A DNA stretch of 64,000 nucleotides, from the NCBI GenBank assembly GCA_964016885.1, contig OZ024743.1, forward strand, positions 108,314,001 through 108,378,000, in the 5' to 3' direction. The notes beneath the pieces are model-generated. The model was not told the DNA's origin and searched no databases. It saw only the letters and a list, made by a program, of their open reading frames with translations. Every line of letters starts with the position of its first letter. Within the stretch, counting starts at the first letter, position 1. Position numbers and translations under genes: made by a program. Positions 25,963 through 42,590 of the stretch are shown here, piece after piece. The stretch comes from Eledone cirrhosa. Its lineage: Eukaryota.

Positions 25963-27232
25963 TTTGGGGATTATTATTACTCTCGATTCCTAGATATTGA
26001 ATATTATCCAATTGTTCCAATTGGATACTGCACTGTTTCGGCAATTATGGAGATAAGAATGAGAAAAAAAAATGTCACTCATAAATGCACACATGTACAC
26101 ATACCCCTACAAGCATGCATACATACTCACAATTCTATATGTCTGTCTGTCTCTCTCTCTCTCTCTCACTCTCTATCTATATATCTATCTATCTCTTTCT
26201 TTCTCTATCTCTCTCTTTCATTATTTCTCGCTTTATCTATCCCACTCTCTCCCCCATCTCTCTATATATCTATATAGCTCGTTCTCTCTAGCTTATGTAC
26301 ACACGCACATTCATATTCCCGTACACATATACACATATACGATCATACAAGTTCTTGTTCACATATACATATACGCACTGACCATAGCAACGAGAGAAAT
26401 TAATGCAACGAATAACAAAATATAAAACAATGGATTCAAAAACACGAATTTAAAAAAGCCAAAATCATAATCCCAAAACAACCGCAATTGCCGGAGCAAC
26501 AACAATAATATCTGTAAAAATATATAAGCCCCACCTCCACCTCATCCCCTTAACACACACACAAAATACCACATAATCTCTATATCCATACACCCATCTC
26601 TACCGCCAGTCAGCCAATCAGCCAAGCAGCCGAACATTCAAACGATCTACATCGCCACTTTACCAGAGAAGAACAGTGATCAGTTATAAATCTAATTTCT
26701 GACGGTCAGCTGAAGAGATTGTTCTTTTCAATAGAGTGTTTAACGAAGCGTTAAATACACAAACCATCCCACTGTCATTACCTATTAATATCACTGTGTC
26801 TTGTTTCATTAGGGATTCATGTATTATTTTAGACTTTACATCATAGAGCATATATTATGGAATATAGGGTATGGTTACAAGGAACGCACCTAAGCCCACA
26901 GAGATATACCCATATACGCATATACCCATATACGCATACACACACACACACATTTACATACAAATTAAGATATGATGCGTATATATGCTCATATATACAT
27001 ACATATGTAAATAATCATGCATATACTGACACATTCTACCGCTGAAAGGAAATCACCTAGACACATAGATATTCATATAAAATAAATACGCACACTCACT
27101 AACATAAATACACGCAGATATGTGTATGTAGATGCATTCAGACACAAACACAGATACATGTACACAAATACAAATACATAAACATTCACTAGCAATATAC
27201 ACATAGCCATTAAACACATACTAGCAAATAAT

Positions 27233-27421
27233 TGTTTCTACTTTTGGCACAAGGCCAGCAATTATCCCAGTGCATTACTGGTACTTTATTTCATCGACCC
27301 CGTAAGGATGAAAGGCAAAGTTAACCTCGGCGGGATTTGAACTCAGTCCATAAAGGACCGTAACTCTATGCTGCAAAGCAGACGTCCGACCCTCTACCGA
27401 TACTGCCAATCAACCGCCCTT
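27233..27421 (-). mobile_element. Full-length SINE with 14-bp target-site duplication
   Basis: TSD tactagcaaataat at 27219-27232 and 27422-27435. Confidence 0.92.
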
Positions 27422-28153
27422 TACTAGCAAATAATCATAAACAATCATACGCATATTCATCCATTTCCACGCAAAATGGAAAAAAATAGTCTTATTGAAA
27501 AATATTATAACGGAGAGAAAATACGAATGACATGAACATGAATTTGGCATAAAGATATATTGTTTTATTTATTTATTGTCATTTTGAGCGCAAAATACTT
27601 CTCAATCAAATTCTCGTATCCCTAGCAATTATGATGGTAAAAAATGAATATATTTGGACAAAGAGACTCGGAGCATCTGTTTTCTCCAGGGCATTAGCAT
27701 AAGCGGCGAAAACGAATAATAATAACTTCGACAGCGATAGGAATCATATTTTCGATGAGCCAAGGGGGTGGTCTCAACGAGGTTACCTAATTCTCGAAAA
27801 ATAGTTAACGAATAACCAAGAGACAGGAACGAATAATAATGACTTTAACCAGCGGCTGAAACCACATGTTTATTGAACAAACGAAGAAGACACAACTATT
27901 TCTAAGGGTTACTCATTCTTTGAGATATCACAGAGTCCTCTCCCTCATAGTACACTAAACAATTTAAAAAGAAAAACAACAACAGCAAAAAAAGGTATAG
28001 TCGGTACTGAAAATTATTTTACAATAAACATGCTAGGTTATGTTTGATAGCGAGTTAAAAGACAACAGTAACCCCAAAAGAACTATATTTTTAGAATCGG
28101 CACTACGAGAAGTTCACGTTTTGACTGTACAGGCGTGGGAAAACGTTACTGTT

Positions 28154-28345
28154 ATAATTGTTTCTACTTTTGGAACAAGGCCAGCAATTACGCCCAATGC
28201 ATCACTGGTACTTTATTTTATCGACCCCGTCAGGATGAAAGGATAAGCTAACCTCTGCAAGATTTGAACTTGAACGTGTAGGGCCATAACTCTATGCTGC
28301 AAAGTATGGTGTTTGGCGCCCTACGGATACTGCCAATCCTCCGCC
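28154..28345 (-). mobile_element. tRNA-derived SINE (main family)
   Basis: Reverse-complement match over the full length. Confidence 0.88.
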
Positions 28346-28376
28346 ATTAATCATATAAAGTGATGTTTACAATATG

Positions 28377-28660
28377 CTGTGGAACCTCGTTTTACGAACT
28401 TAAATTTTTCCCCAAGGCTGTTTGTCACCCGATATTTTCGTACCGCATCTATTTTTCCTATACGAAATGTTGAGACAGAAATACAGTGAGAGAGAGAGAG
28501 ATATATATAGAGAGACTATAACCTTGCTGCCAACCGTTGTTACTGGCTTGCGTGCTCGTTACTCGATAAAGCGTTTTCGTGAACCGAGACGTTTTATGTA
28601 CGGACAAATTGTATGTGAACCAATATTTTCTTGATGAGAGGTGTTCATGAACCAATTGCT
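28377..28660. mobile_element. Decayed Tigger/pogo-like MITE
   Basis: ctgtggaacctcgttttacgaacttaa resembles Tigger termini; reverse-oriented subterminal motifs ttcgtgaaccgag and ttcatgaaccaa. Confidence 0.4.
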
Positions 28661-30681
28661 TAGTTGACATTTACAATGTAAAATTGATATATTCTATGTA
28701 TAGTGGACGTTTGCAATTTTAAACGGTTTCTTAACTTATTTCCATTTCCTTTAGCTCTCCTGCCACAGGATCTATGCTTTAGCAACTCTGTATAAGCAAG
28801 CATAAACACACTGTCTTAGAAACCATGTACACAGCCACACACACCTTATCTTAGCAACAACAAACAACCCTATAAATACTAGCCTAGCAACTATACACAC
28901 ATCCATCTAAACATTGCCTTAACAACAGCACACACAAAAAAACAAACATATACTCAACCATATAAACACTGCTTTAGCAACCATACACTAAAGTACTTTG
29001 TGGTCAACTCTTTCCCTATTATTTTTTATTCCTACTTTAATCCATATAAATTCCTGTATAAGCGGACATAGCTTAGAAAATCAAGTAAAGACCCCTTAAA
29101 AATAGTGGCCACCGGAATCGGGCCTCATAACATTCAGAAATATATGAGGTTCCATTAGAGGAAACCGACGGCTTTTTTTTCACTCGATTTTCTAGTATAT
29201 TTATAGCAATCAACAGATTACAGTTATTTGATGTTTCTGAGATTCCTTCAGTTTCTATGAACAGCATAATCCCAGAGCGCTTCAAAGATCCGCACATATA
29301 TCATCTTTCCTTAGTTCGATTAACGAATACAAATGTTTCTTAGATTTGTGTGTACGTCTGTGTTTCTGTAATATGCGTGTGCATTCATGTGGGTATGCTT
29401 GTATTACAATATGCTGGTGTGTGTGTGTGCGTGTGTGTGAAAGCATGTAAGTTCATAGGCACCGAAATATACATATATTGACCATGAAAGCGTTTGGGAT
29501 AAATATCAACGCATGCGCAACCAGCGTCGATTCATATACTCTGCAGCAAAGCCACTTAAAATAAGACACATATATACGCATGACTACAGGTATATAACGA
29601 AAATATATGGCTCACTTATTTATTAAACGGCATTCCAAAATATATTAAACTCATACGGACATACATAGCGAGAAGGATAGAAGAGAGAAAACTGGATGAG
29701 GGATGAGGTAAACGGAGTTCAAGACTGATATGTTCATGAGTGTACACGCGGACACATACATATTCACACATATGTACACACTTTCTCGCACATGTACACA
29801 TAGACGCACTCACATACATGCACATACATATAATATATACACACACACGTTAGACACACACATGTATATATGTATATTTATATATATATATATATATATA
29901 TTTATATGTAAGTATGTATGTATACGTACATACATATATGTATACAGACGTACATTAGTATGTATATATATACATACATGCACACATATATATATATGCA
30001 CGTATCTGTTTACCGAACATATATATATGTGTGCATGTATGTATATATATACATACTACTGTACGTCTGTATACATATATGTATGTACGTATACATACAT
30101 ACTTACATTTAGGTAAGTGCCGTACTAAGAATGAGAAATGAAATTTCGTTTCATTCTATTCCATATATATATATATATATATGTATATGTATATGCATGT
30201 ATGTATATATGTATATACGTATATGCTTACATACATTACATAGACCGATGTACGAATGTGTATAATTAGAAATACATTCTCACATGTGTAGAAAGATATA
30301 TTAATATATAAAAAAATACATAAAGCATAGCAAAATGAGGTATATAACGTGAGTGTGACTACATGTGTTGCAGACAGAGATATACAAATATATGGGAGAC
30401 ATGAGACCAATATACAACATGTTCTCTGTGTGTGTTTGAGTAAATCTGCAGGTAGTATGTAGTATGGAATAGACGTGTTCCTTTTTTTTAATTAAGCAGG
30501 TCTGATATGTCATTGAAAGTTATTAAAAGTTATTGATGCCGGCAGGAGACATTCTCAATAATGTGAAGAGGAAATTGGAAGAACACAAGGTGCTAGATAG
30601 AGATAGTCTTTCAAGAGACACAACCAGACAGACAGTTATTGATATGGGTACACACACACACACACACAATCACACGCACCC

Positions 30682-30738
<57 letters not shown>

Positions 30739-30766
30739 TGCGTCTACTAATTCGATTTATACCCAA

Positions 30767-30797
<31 letters not shown>

Positions 30798-31059
30798 GAT
30801 AGATAGATATAAGTGTGTGGAAATGTAGAGATGTAGGGAGACGGGACGGAGAAAAATCGGGAGTAGGATTTACTTCTATTGATAGATAAGACTGCCAGTG
30901 GATAGATATACAGGTAAATACGAAAGACACATTGTTATCAGGTATTTTGGCAGAGACGTAGTCATATAGGAAAGTAACTCGTTAGATAAGTGGATATAAA
31001 AGATCTCATGATTTGTACAGAACGAAAAACTATATAAAATATGTTATATCATTACGACG

Positions 31060-31332
31060 CCGAGAGTTCCAGTTGATTCAATCAAGTGAACATGCCGCTC
31101 ATGAAAATTAACGTGCAAGTAGGTGAGCGTTTCGCATACACTTGCAGTTTTTAACATATTTCTAAGGTAAATGCAACGCGACGTAATATGTGACAATATT
31201 TTCTTTTGAAACACGCTTTTACAAACCTTTTTCTGCTTGCTAGTTGGAATGTAGCAACGTGTAATTAATGTCTCTTGCTCAAGGACATAATGCGTCGTTG
31301 CGTATCGTACTTGCGACGTTACAATCGTGATT
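31060..31332 (-). mobile_element. Old SINE, second family
   Basis: tgtctcttgctcaaggacataa is the reverse complement of the post-tRNA motif seen as ttcttgagcaaaatattttatt near 33040. Confidence 0.5.
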
Positions 31333-31578
31333 CATACATACTTGTGAGCAATTGTGACACGGTGTATCTGATTAAATACGTTCAGGCTTCACGTTAAATT
31401 CTTAAGCAAGCTGTATAGTTCATGGAATCAACGAGAACATTCGTCATCGCAACCGACGAACATCCATTACATCGTCATGATTAGATATTATAGCATTTAG
31501 ATGTTGAAGGTTTTTCTTTTTAAATAAAATACAACAATCTGCTCAGGTAAATTGATAGCAAGATGAAGAAAAAGATGT

Positions 31579-31659
<81 letters not shown>

Positions 31660-32950
31660 AGCTGCTGCTCCACCGCTACCACCACATCTTCCACTCCTTC
31701 TATTATTTCTACAACTGTATTAGTAGTTGCAGTAGTAGTAGTAGTAGTAGTTTTAGATTTATTTTGTTCTTGTTTTCTTATTATATGTCCGAGACATTTT
31801 CTTTTTTCTACTTCTCGTCATATTCCGCCACATCCTCCTCTATACCGCCGCCCCAAGGCTACAATAGTTAGTCTAGGTTTTATAATTGTGTCTTTTGAAG
31901 TTTACTCATTCATTGGACTCTATCTGAGCCCGCGCTTCACCTCCTACCCATCCTCACACTCAACCACGTCACTCCATACCGCTTCCGTCGCCATCATTCA
32001 ACAACAAACTGCTGCCCGTTCGATCATGATTTCGTTTCTTCGTTCCTTCTATCCCACAATCCTCCTTTCACTCTAACAAAATGTCTCTTGATTTTTTTTT
32101 TTATTCATTTCGCTTTATCGCTGACACTGCATGATTCAAAATAAACTCTTGGAAGCATATATAATATTTTAAAGTATAATAAATATACACAAGCTTCAAA
32201 ATGGTTAGTTTAACCTGCTATCTCATTAACCATGTGAGAACGGCAAATACTAGGTTTCAGAGATCTTTATCTTTAACAAGACGTATGGATGTTTATGTAT
32301 AACTTATACACAGACTCGCTGTAGGTATTTTTTTGTTGTGATCATATCACGACTACCCCAGTAAGCGTGCGACACAATCAAATATGAGTATTTCGTTATA
32401 TTTGTCCATCTTCAGGAAGAATTATGTTTCTTTTCTTATACTTAAACTTATTGTATCTGTTTCCACATACTTTCTATACTTGATTTTCTTCGAGTAGTCA
32501 CCTGAGAAAGATAACTTGCGAAAATGATTTACGTGGCAAGTTCTTCAAACACTCTCCTCTCATCCAACTGATATATGTGTCCGACGGGACACATACATCA
32601 GTATTTGCTTTTCTTCTTCGTTTTGGATCAGTTTTTCAAATTTATTCTATTTTATTAGTAATATTTTATCCCACTTCTTCATACACCCCCCCCCCATATA
32701 TCCCTCTCTCTCACACACACACGCACACATACATAAACACACTGTCACTCACACTCACGCACACACACATGCACACACATTCTCGAACACATACAAACAT
32801 ACATGGACGCACACATGCACACATTGCTCATTACATCCTACTGACTCTTTCTCTCATTCAATATATATATCTTCTACTACCATTCACTATGTCTTTACCT
32901 GGGTCCTTCATTTTGTTTCCTTATATTGTTTCCTTTCCTTCCATTTTCTT

Positions 32951-33075
32951 GAAGGCATGTAGCCCATTGGTTATGACGAAGGAGACTGACGATCATAAGT
33001 ACGTGGATTCGAACCCTAAACCAGGCAGCGTATTTTTTTCTTGAGCAAAATATTTTATTTTGTCGTTGCACGCTT
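32951..33075 (+). mobile_element. Head of old SINE, second family
   Basis: A-box-like tagcccattggtta, B box ggattcgaaccc, then ttcttgagcaa. Confidence 0.5.
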
Positions 33076-33559
33076 CGATCGACAGATAGTTTCATCAGTT
33101 GAAAGTTCAATGGACACATTGTTTTCTTGGCTTGATGTTTCGTCATCTTTTAAACCTCTCTTTTTTTTCAATTTGCCTTGAAACATTTTTCTATGAAATT
33201 GTCTTTCCTTCTTTCTGTCTTTCGTCCCTGTTCTCTGCTTTATATCCTTCATTGTTGCGCCATTTTGTTAAATTTTATATTCAGCCTTCATCTCGTTTAT
33301 TCTTCTTTCTCTCTTCCTTCACAATCTTTCCATTTCTTTCTATGTTTTCATTCGTCATATGCACCCTCCAGCAATTATATTTAGTGATGTATCATGGGAG
33401 AATTGTTAGTAACATGCATACCATATATATTTTGTTTATTTTCTTTCATTATTTTTTTCTTATTCGTATGTTTAAAGCTTTTTTTTTTTATTTATGTTTT
33501 ACTTTTATCTTCTCTATAATCATCACATTCTGCTGATTTCCAACGCACACACTCACACA

Positions 33560-33701
<142 letters not shown>

Positions 33702-33900
33702 ATATATATATATATTCGTCCTAAAACAAATAACCGTTGGTGTGTTGAGAAACGTAACTGAGCTATAATAGTGAGAGGTTTAACCTATATAATACAAACA
33801 GTATTTTGCATATGATTCATAACCAATGGTCTCTCTCATTTCATACCCAGTTCCCATCATCTAGACATTGAAACACACAGTATAAATATACATAAAAAAG

Positions 33901-34072
33901 GGTTTCTGATGTAGGCTCAAAGCCGACAATTTTTTTCTGGGTAGTCGATTACAACATCCCCACTGCGTTACTGGTGCTTTATTTTATCGACCACGGATGG
34001 ATGGGAGGCAAAGCTAACCTCGGCGGGATTTGAACTCGGATTGTAAAGGGCCGTAACTATGCAGCAACGCAT
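33901..34072 (-). mobile_element. SINE (main family), diverged
   Basis: ctggtgctttattttatcgacc...gcaaagctaacctcggcgggatttgaactc. Confidence 0.8.
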
Positions 34073-34249
34073 GAAGGAATAACTACTAAGTTCGAAATGA
34101 TCGACTAAATGGCCGCCACAAAATGATCGAAATATTAAAGTATTTCAATATGTCGATACTTGCTTAAATAGGTGAACATATACAACTGTAATCAAACACT
34201 GAAGCCTTTATAAGACATTCATTTCTGAATAACTTACTATCAACATTAC

Positions 34250-34433
34250 GATTGGCAGTATAGGTTGAGAGTCGGACGCCATACTTTGACACATAGAGTT
34301 AGATCCCTTTATGATCTGAGTTCAAATCCCACCAATAGTTAACTTTGCCTTTCATCCTTACGGGGTCGATAAAATAAAGTACCAGTAATACAATGGGTAA
34401 GTGTTGGCCTTGTGCCAAAAGTAGAAACAATTA
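34250..34433 (+). mobile_element. SINE (main family)
   Basis: Full-length match. Confidence 0.9.
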
Positions 34434-34550
34434 TTTATTATGTCCGTTTAATGAACGGTAGTCATATCGAATTTTCCCTTGTTGAATATGTTTATATGGG
34501 GATTGCCATTTATTTAAAGAAGAAGACCATCTCTTTAAATTTGTAATAAT

Positions 34551-34695
34551 TGTTTCTACCTTTGGCACAAGGCCAGCAATTATCCAGTACATTACTGTTA
34601 CTTTATTTTATCGACCCCGTAAGGATGAAAGGCAAAGTTAACCTCGGCGGGATTTGAACTCAGAATGGCAAGGGCCGTAACTCTATGCGTCAAAG
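34551..34695 (-). mobile_element. 5'-truncated SINE with 19-bp TSD
   Basis: TSD tctttaaatttgtaataat at 34532-34550 and 34728-34746; filler 34696-34727. Confidence 0.9.
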
Positions 34696-35434
34696 AAGAA
34701 ATAATTGTTTAAATTTGAAGAAATAATTCTTTAAATTTGTAATAATGGCCGGTCGACAACCATGTGTCTCTTAAGTTCGGCTTCACTTTTGCTGGTTACT
34801 TATGTGACAAACAACAGATCTATCATAGATCTATCATAGATTCTAATATGAACCTGGTTTAGAGTGTTCTCATAAGGCTTTTCAGACCAGCTGAATTTTC
34901 ACTTGAATAGCAAATCACATATGAATAGTAAATCCAGCTTTCAAAAAACACCCTACTGTTCAAGATGTGAAATGTTTAGGATTGAGATCTACAATTACGA
35001 AGCGCTCAATTCAAGATGCTTTATAACTAGCGCAGATCACATTTTTTTTCAAAACGATCGATTTTCCGCCATCTGCTCTCAGTCACCAACATCTGCACTT
35101 AGAATCATACAGCTGTTTTTGACGACATTTATGCATGTATATGTATGTCTATGTGTGCATGTATGTATATATGTGTGTATGTATGTACATGCATATAGAC
35201 ACACTGTCTTTCTCACAATATATCACACACATACAAGGACACAGATAAATATTTATATATATATACATATACACAAAATTGTGTATTTTAAATCATGTTT
35301 ATTGTATGATTGTTTTATTCCGTGACATATACCTAAATATTCCATTAATGTGTATTATTTACTTTCTTCTTTTGTAGGTAAGTACTTTGGAGGAATGTAC
35401 ACTCTCACTATATATATATATGTATATATATATA

Positions 35435-35508
<74 letters not shown>

Positions 35509-35580
35509 ACGGTTAAGGTAATGTAAGACTCCTCTCTATAATATGACTAGTACGGCATGCATATAACTGCCATAAACGGA

Positions 35581-35643
<63 letters not shown>

Positions 35644-35756
35644 CATGCATGCATACGTACATATATAAGTGGCTATGCAAGGGAGTTCGTGTGCAATTAA
35701 CATACAAAAGACATTCCATTCCTAAATTCCACCAATATAAATCCATATCTGTATGC

Positions 35757-35827
<71 letters not shown>

Positions 35828-35857
35828 CCTGTGTTTGCGTGCAAGTGTGGGTTAATG

Positions 35858-35950
<93 letters not shown>

Positions 35951-36239
35951 AGCAAAATGAAAGACACGTCCCGTATAAAAGGAGGTGTGTGATCGTCTCT
36001 ATATACACACTATATAGTATATATACCCCAACTGACTTTTATATGGATGATTTAGAGCAATTTGCAATGGAATGCGTATCGTTACCTAATCAATAAACGG
36101 CCACACCAGGCAATAAATTTTGACACTCGATATTACATTTCCGCTAAATATCGACGGACAAAAATACATACGCACACACACTCGAACACACACAAATATA
36201 TACATATATAAATACACACATATAGATGATAGTGTTAAT

Positions 36240-37211
<972 letters not shown>

Positions 37212-37401
37212 AACCTATATAAATACATACATATTGACATATTGATATGTACATTCTCGTCATTGAATTATGGTAAGCATGCCTGTGCGTGTGTGTGTCT
37301 ATGTTGATTGTTTGATACATGTGTATGTACACAGGCACATACATACACAGACACAGGTACAGACACACACATCCATATAATATATATATATACATATATG
37401 C

Positions 37402-37542
<141 letters not shown>

Positions 37543-37943
37543 CGCTTTCGAAGTCGATCCAAAAGTAAAAATATGTGTAGATCAGAAACTATGTATTTTT
37601 GGACTACTTTGATTCAGCACCACATATATATTTAGCCATTCTATATAGCTAAATCCAAATCGGCGATTAGTCATCCATCTAATATTCTAACGAATATCGT
37701 CCTATATTTTTCAATTGCCACTTTTTCATCCAACACTATTCATCCATTCTCTTCTGCAAAATAGAAGACGGTTTGTTCACAGAAACCTTATCTTTTCTAC
37801 AGAAACATTATACAGTATAAAATTTGGAAAAAATAAATGTAGAATTAAAATATCGGTAATATGAAAGCAAGACAACAGCAACAACAACAATAGTATTACT
37901 TCTAATAATAGCGGTTTTACATTTATGCATAAGGTCAAGAATT

Positions 37944-38120
37944 TAAGGGGAGAGGGAAGTCGATTATACCGACCACGGTACTTGACTGGCACGATATTTT
38001 ATCCAGACCGGAAGAAGGGCAAGAAAATTTGACCTCGAAGGGATTTGAATTCATAACATAAAGTGCCTGGACAATTACCGCCAAGCATGTTCTCTGACGC
38101 TCTAACGATTCTTCTAATTC
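37944..38120 (-). mobile_element. Decayed SINE (main family)
   Basis: tttgacctcgaagggatttgaattca...ctgacgctctaacgattct. Confidence 0.6.
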
Positions 38121-38208
38121 ACAATAGTAATGAAAAAAAAAGTAATAAATAATAATTGTAGCGGTGATAAAAATAATAATAATAATAATCAGTATTAATT
38201 AATTTATT

Positions 38209-38239
<31 letters not shown>

Positions 38240-38255
<16 letters not shown>

Positions 38256-38340
38256 TAATGATTTCTTTATTAACCACAAGGGTTTACATAAAGTAGACAT
38301 TAAGGACAGTGCAGGACAATACAGGACGCTACAAATGGGC
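38240..38340 (-). mobile_element. Short 3' terminus of the Tx1-like LINE in an (AAT)n array
   Basis: atttctttattaaccacaaggg is the reverse complement of cccttgtggttaataaagaaat; compare 25916-25938. Confidence 0.5.
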
Positions 38341-38404
38341 ATTTCTGAGTGTAAAAAAAAAAACCCCAAAAAGAGGATTTAATAAAGAACAATGAATAAT
38401 TCCC

Positions 38405-38438
<34 letters not shown>

Positions 38439-38719
38439 TAAAACTATTAATAATTGCTTCCTTTGCAACAAGCATTACGGATGGGACGACATCACAAGAA
38501 CAACTAACACATAAAATATATAAAATAGAATAATATAAAGCATTAAAAATCTTTGTGCGTTTTGTGCATAGAATCAAATACATAAATTATAAAATAAAAA
38601 GAATAAAACAAATCTACAAAGCAAGAAATGCATGCATGTAAAACATAATGATTTTATAATATTACTAATAATAATAGATAGATTATTAGATCAATCTAGA
38701 AGACGACATTGAGGTTGTT

Positions 38720-38809
38720 GATGATAATGTTGAGTGCAGTGGTTGTGTGTTGGTGGAGGTGATGGTATTGTCGGTGGTGGATTTGGTGGGAGTAGTGGTG
38801 TGGCTGGTG

Positions 38810-38840
<31 letters not shown>

Positions 38841-39643
38841 ATATGGTGGTAGTGGTTTTGGTGGTGCTGGTGGTGGTGGTGGTGGTGGTGGTTGAGCTTG
38901 TGGTGGAGGTAATGGTGGAGACGACGGCGACAAAGACGAGTGTGTTGATGATGATGATGATGATGATGATGGAAGCAGAAAGAAAGATAGAAAGAAGTGG
39001 AGAAAGAAAAATGGTATTGGCATTTTGATTGGGGATGCATATTTCTTTGAAAATATCGCCGCGAAACTCAATCAGTGTGATGAAAGGCAGGAGTGAAGTG
39101 GGAGCTAGGATTGGAAAGGAAGGAGAGGGGGAGATAGAGAGGGGTAGAGATGAATGATAGGTGATGACAGGGTGTGAGTTTGGAGGCAGTGTTGTTTGAA
39201 GGAATTTGAATGAAGTTAGACAAACGATGAATGAATGAAGTGTAGTTTGATAGCAAAATAAAAAAAAGAAAATAACAAGAAAAAAGAATACAAAATATGT
39301 ACAAATAAATAGTGAACAAATGATGGATTAATGAAAGATGTCGACGGGGAAGGGCGAGGGGCGGATGGGAGGTAGAGGAGGATAAAAAAGGAGGGAATAT
39401 GAAGAGTTGAAGGAGAAATCCGACGAGAAAGAAGTGATGGAATGCATTACTAAATAAAATCGATGTGTCCCATTCAACAACCCGATTGAAGATGTATCAT
39501 CACCATCACCATCACCATCAATATTGTTAACATCATCAACAGCTTCCCCAACATCATCATCATCATTATCAGTGTCATCATCATCATCAGTGTGGTCATT
39601 ATTATCATCGTCATTATTATCATCATCATCATCCCCGTCGGCG

Positions 39644-39674
<31 letters not shown>

Positions 39675-39860
39675 TGTGATCATCATCATTGATATCATTA
39701 TTGTCATCAAATGTAGCAGAATTATATGTTTCATCATCATCATGATCAACAGCAGCAGCGGAATGGCGACCACCATCACCACCACCACCACCACCACCAC
39801 CGTCAACATCGAAATCATCATATCCATCACTATCATCAACATCATTACAATCATCATCCA
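38720..39860. repeat. Degenerate trinucleotide tracts (GGT/GTT/GAT at 38720-38970; CAT/CAC at 39490-39860)
   Basis: Direct inspection; open in several frames on both strands. Confidence 0.85.
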
Positions 39861-39983
39861 TTTCCAATTTAATATAAGTTCTGTATTTAGTCCTTACCAT
39901 TCATGTTAAATATGTCTAAAAGCCTACCGCCTGCCCCTATCAATCTCATGTGATCTATTTCTCTCCATCTATCTATATCTCCT

Positions 39984-40080
<97 letters not shown>

Positions 40081-40233
40081 CTATCCATCTCTCTTTCTCT
40101 CTCTCTCTCTCTGGTTCCTTCCTCATGAATTTAATATTTTAGTTAACACGCACGCACACGCATACATTTATATCTATATACATATGTGTACACGCACTCA
40201 TACATATATGTGCGCGTGTGTGCGCGTGTGTGC

Positions 40234-40278
<45 letters not shown>

Positions 40279-40728
40279 TGTGTGTGTGTGTATGTGTGCG
40301 TCGATATAACTCTCCATCTTTATTTCCCCGTTCTCTCTCTCTCTCCACCCCTCTCTCTCTCTCAGTATATATACTCGATTATTCTACTATATATATATAT
40401 ATATATATACATATATGAGAGTGTGCGTGTGATTCTGCGATAGTGCGTGTGCGTGTGTGTGAGAATGTGTGTATGCGTGTGTGTGTGTGTGTCTGTGTGC
40501 ATGCGTGTATGAGAGTGTACCGCTTAGATGTATCCACAGACGCTGCATTCGTGTATTTTTTTATGTGTTACATACCTCAACAACTCAAACAATTTATATT
40601 TTAGTGAAATTATAAAGAAGGGAAATATATGAAAAAAAGTGCTTGCGTGTTTTAACAGATAAACGTGGGAAAAATGTGTAGCATGAAATATTGAGAACAT
40701 AAATTATGACAGAAATAGTAACAAATGG

Positions 40729-40761
<33 letters not shown>

Positions 40762-40917
40762 AAGAAACTAAGCAACGAAAGTAGGTATAAATATCAAGAG
40801 AGAAGAGGATACATGTATATATATGTATATATGTATATATATACATATATATTTGTGTGTATGTGTGTCTGTGCTTGCGCGTGTGTGAGTATATATGTGT
40901 GTGTGTATATGTATAAG

Positions 40918-40997
<80 letters not shown>

Positions 40998-42164
40998 CGT
41001 GTATGTGTGTGTCTGTGTATTTATGTGTATATTCGTACGACTATACATACATACAAGCATACAGTCTTATATATACACTCTCATACATACAATCATGTAA
41101 TATGTGTTTGTTGATATGCATATATAGAGAGGAAGTCGTGGTATAGATGTGAGCATATGTGCCTCTCTGTATATGGGTACATGTATCTCTCTTAATCCTT
41201 CTCTCCTTCGCAATTCCTCCGCCGTCTCTCAATTTCTCCCTTACTTTCTACATTTGTGTTTGCGTATGTATTAATACGTGTGGATGTGTCTTTATCACAT
41301 TTTCTCTCTTCCTCAATCACTTATTCGTCTCTCTCACTTTTCCTCTCTATATATGTTTCTGTAGGGGTTTATACATATGTGTATGAATGTATGTGTGCTA
41401 TTTCACTGTATGTGTCCATACATCTGTATCTTTCAATCAATCTTCTCTCCATATTTTCTCTGCCAATCACTCGATTTCTCTCTCTATCACTCTAGGTACC
41501 CCTCCCCCTCACTCTCTCTCTCTCTCTCTCTCTTACTTTCATTGTGTATACATGTGGGTTGATGTATGGATTTATACTTGCGTACATGTCTGTGTATGCG
41601 TGTGTTCATATGCGTGTATTTGTATATGTGTTTCTCTGTGTAACTGTGTGTGTGTGTGTGAGTATGCATATATGGCTGTGATGAAAGTTATTAAAAACTG
41701 CTTAAGGCCCCCCAACACATCTTAGCAGATTAAAAATACCGAAGAAAGGAACGAGAACTCTATAACTATATAAGGAATACAATGTGTTAGAAACATGGAC
41801 TGACACGAGCAAAAGGGATGTAAAAAGAGCTACAATAAAACAAAACAAAAAACAAGTATAAAAGAAAAGAAATATATATAAAATAGTACAAAGTGGGCTC
41901 CAGGAAAGTAATTTCAATATGGACTTATAGGTAATGGGGATGGGAAAAGAACAGGCAAGTAACTAGCAATAAGACTATAAAGATTGAATACAATAAACAA
42001 ATAGGAAACCAGTAGGAAATAAAGGAAAAATTGATAATCAAAATGGTGGATAGCAAATGTATATATGTACGAATGTATGTATTATATATACACACATATA
42101 TATGTGAGTGTGTGTGTGTTTGCGGGTGTGTGTATGTGTCTGTCTGTGTGTATCCGTTTGTGTG

Positions 42165-42226
<62 letters not shown>

Positions 42227-42302
42227 CGTATAGATTTGGAGTCACCAGTTTAGATAGTAGGATCAACTAAGTACCCGATAGTTGGGAGAGTAGAGTATTG
42301 CA

Positions 42303-42394
<92 letters not shown>

Positions 42395-42590
42395 TGATAT
42401 ACTGATATACACACATACACACACACACACACATATATATATATACAGGATAACAAAATATCGTCATAGGTAATCCAGTTAGAGGTTGTGAATACTTCTT
42501 ATTATGGATAGTTTTGACTCAACAAGAGGTTTACGTAGATGACGAGTTTATGATTTCACTTGTAATCCTATGTAAGTTTATATTGGAGTA

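Noticed and set aside
27676-27790. Exon after the tttttctccag acceptor-like site
   Set aside because: All three frames hit stops within 10 codons
38691-39071. Pro-rich and His-rich ORFs
   Set aside because: Overlapping frames of a (CCA/CAA/TCA)n tract
39328-39900. 190-aa Asp/Gly-rich ORF
   Set aside because: Degenerate (GAT)n tract open in several frames and on both strands; no splice or domain support
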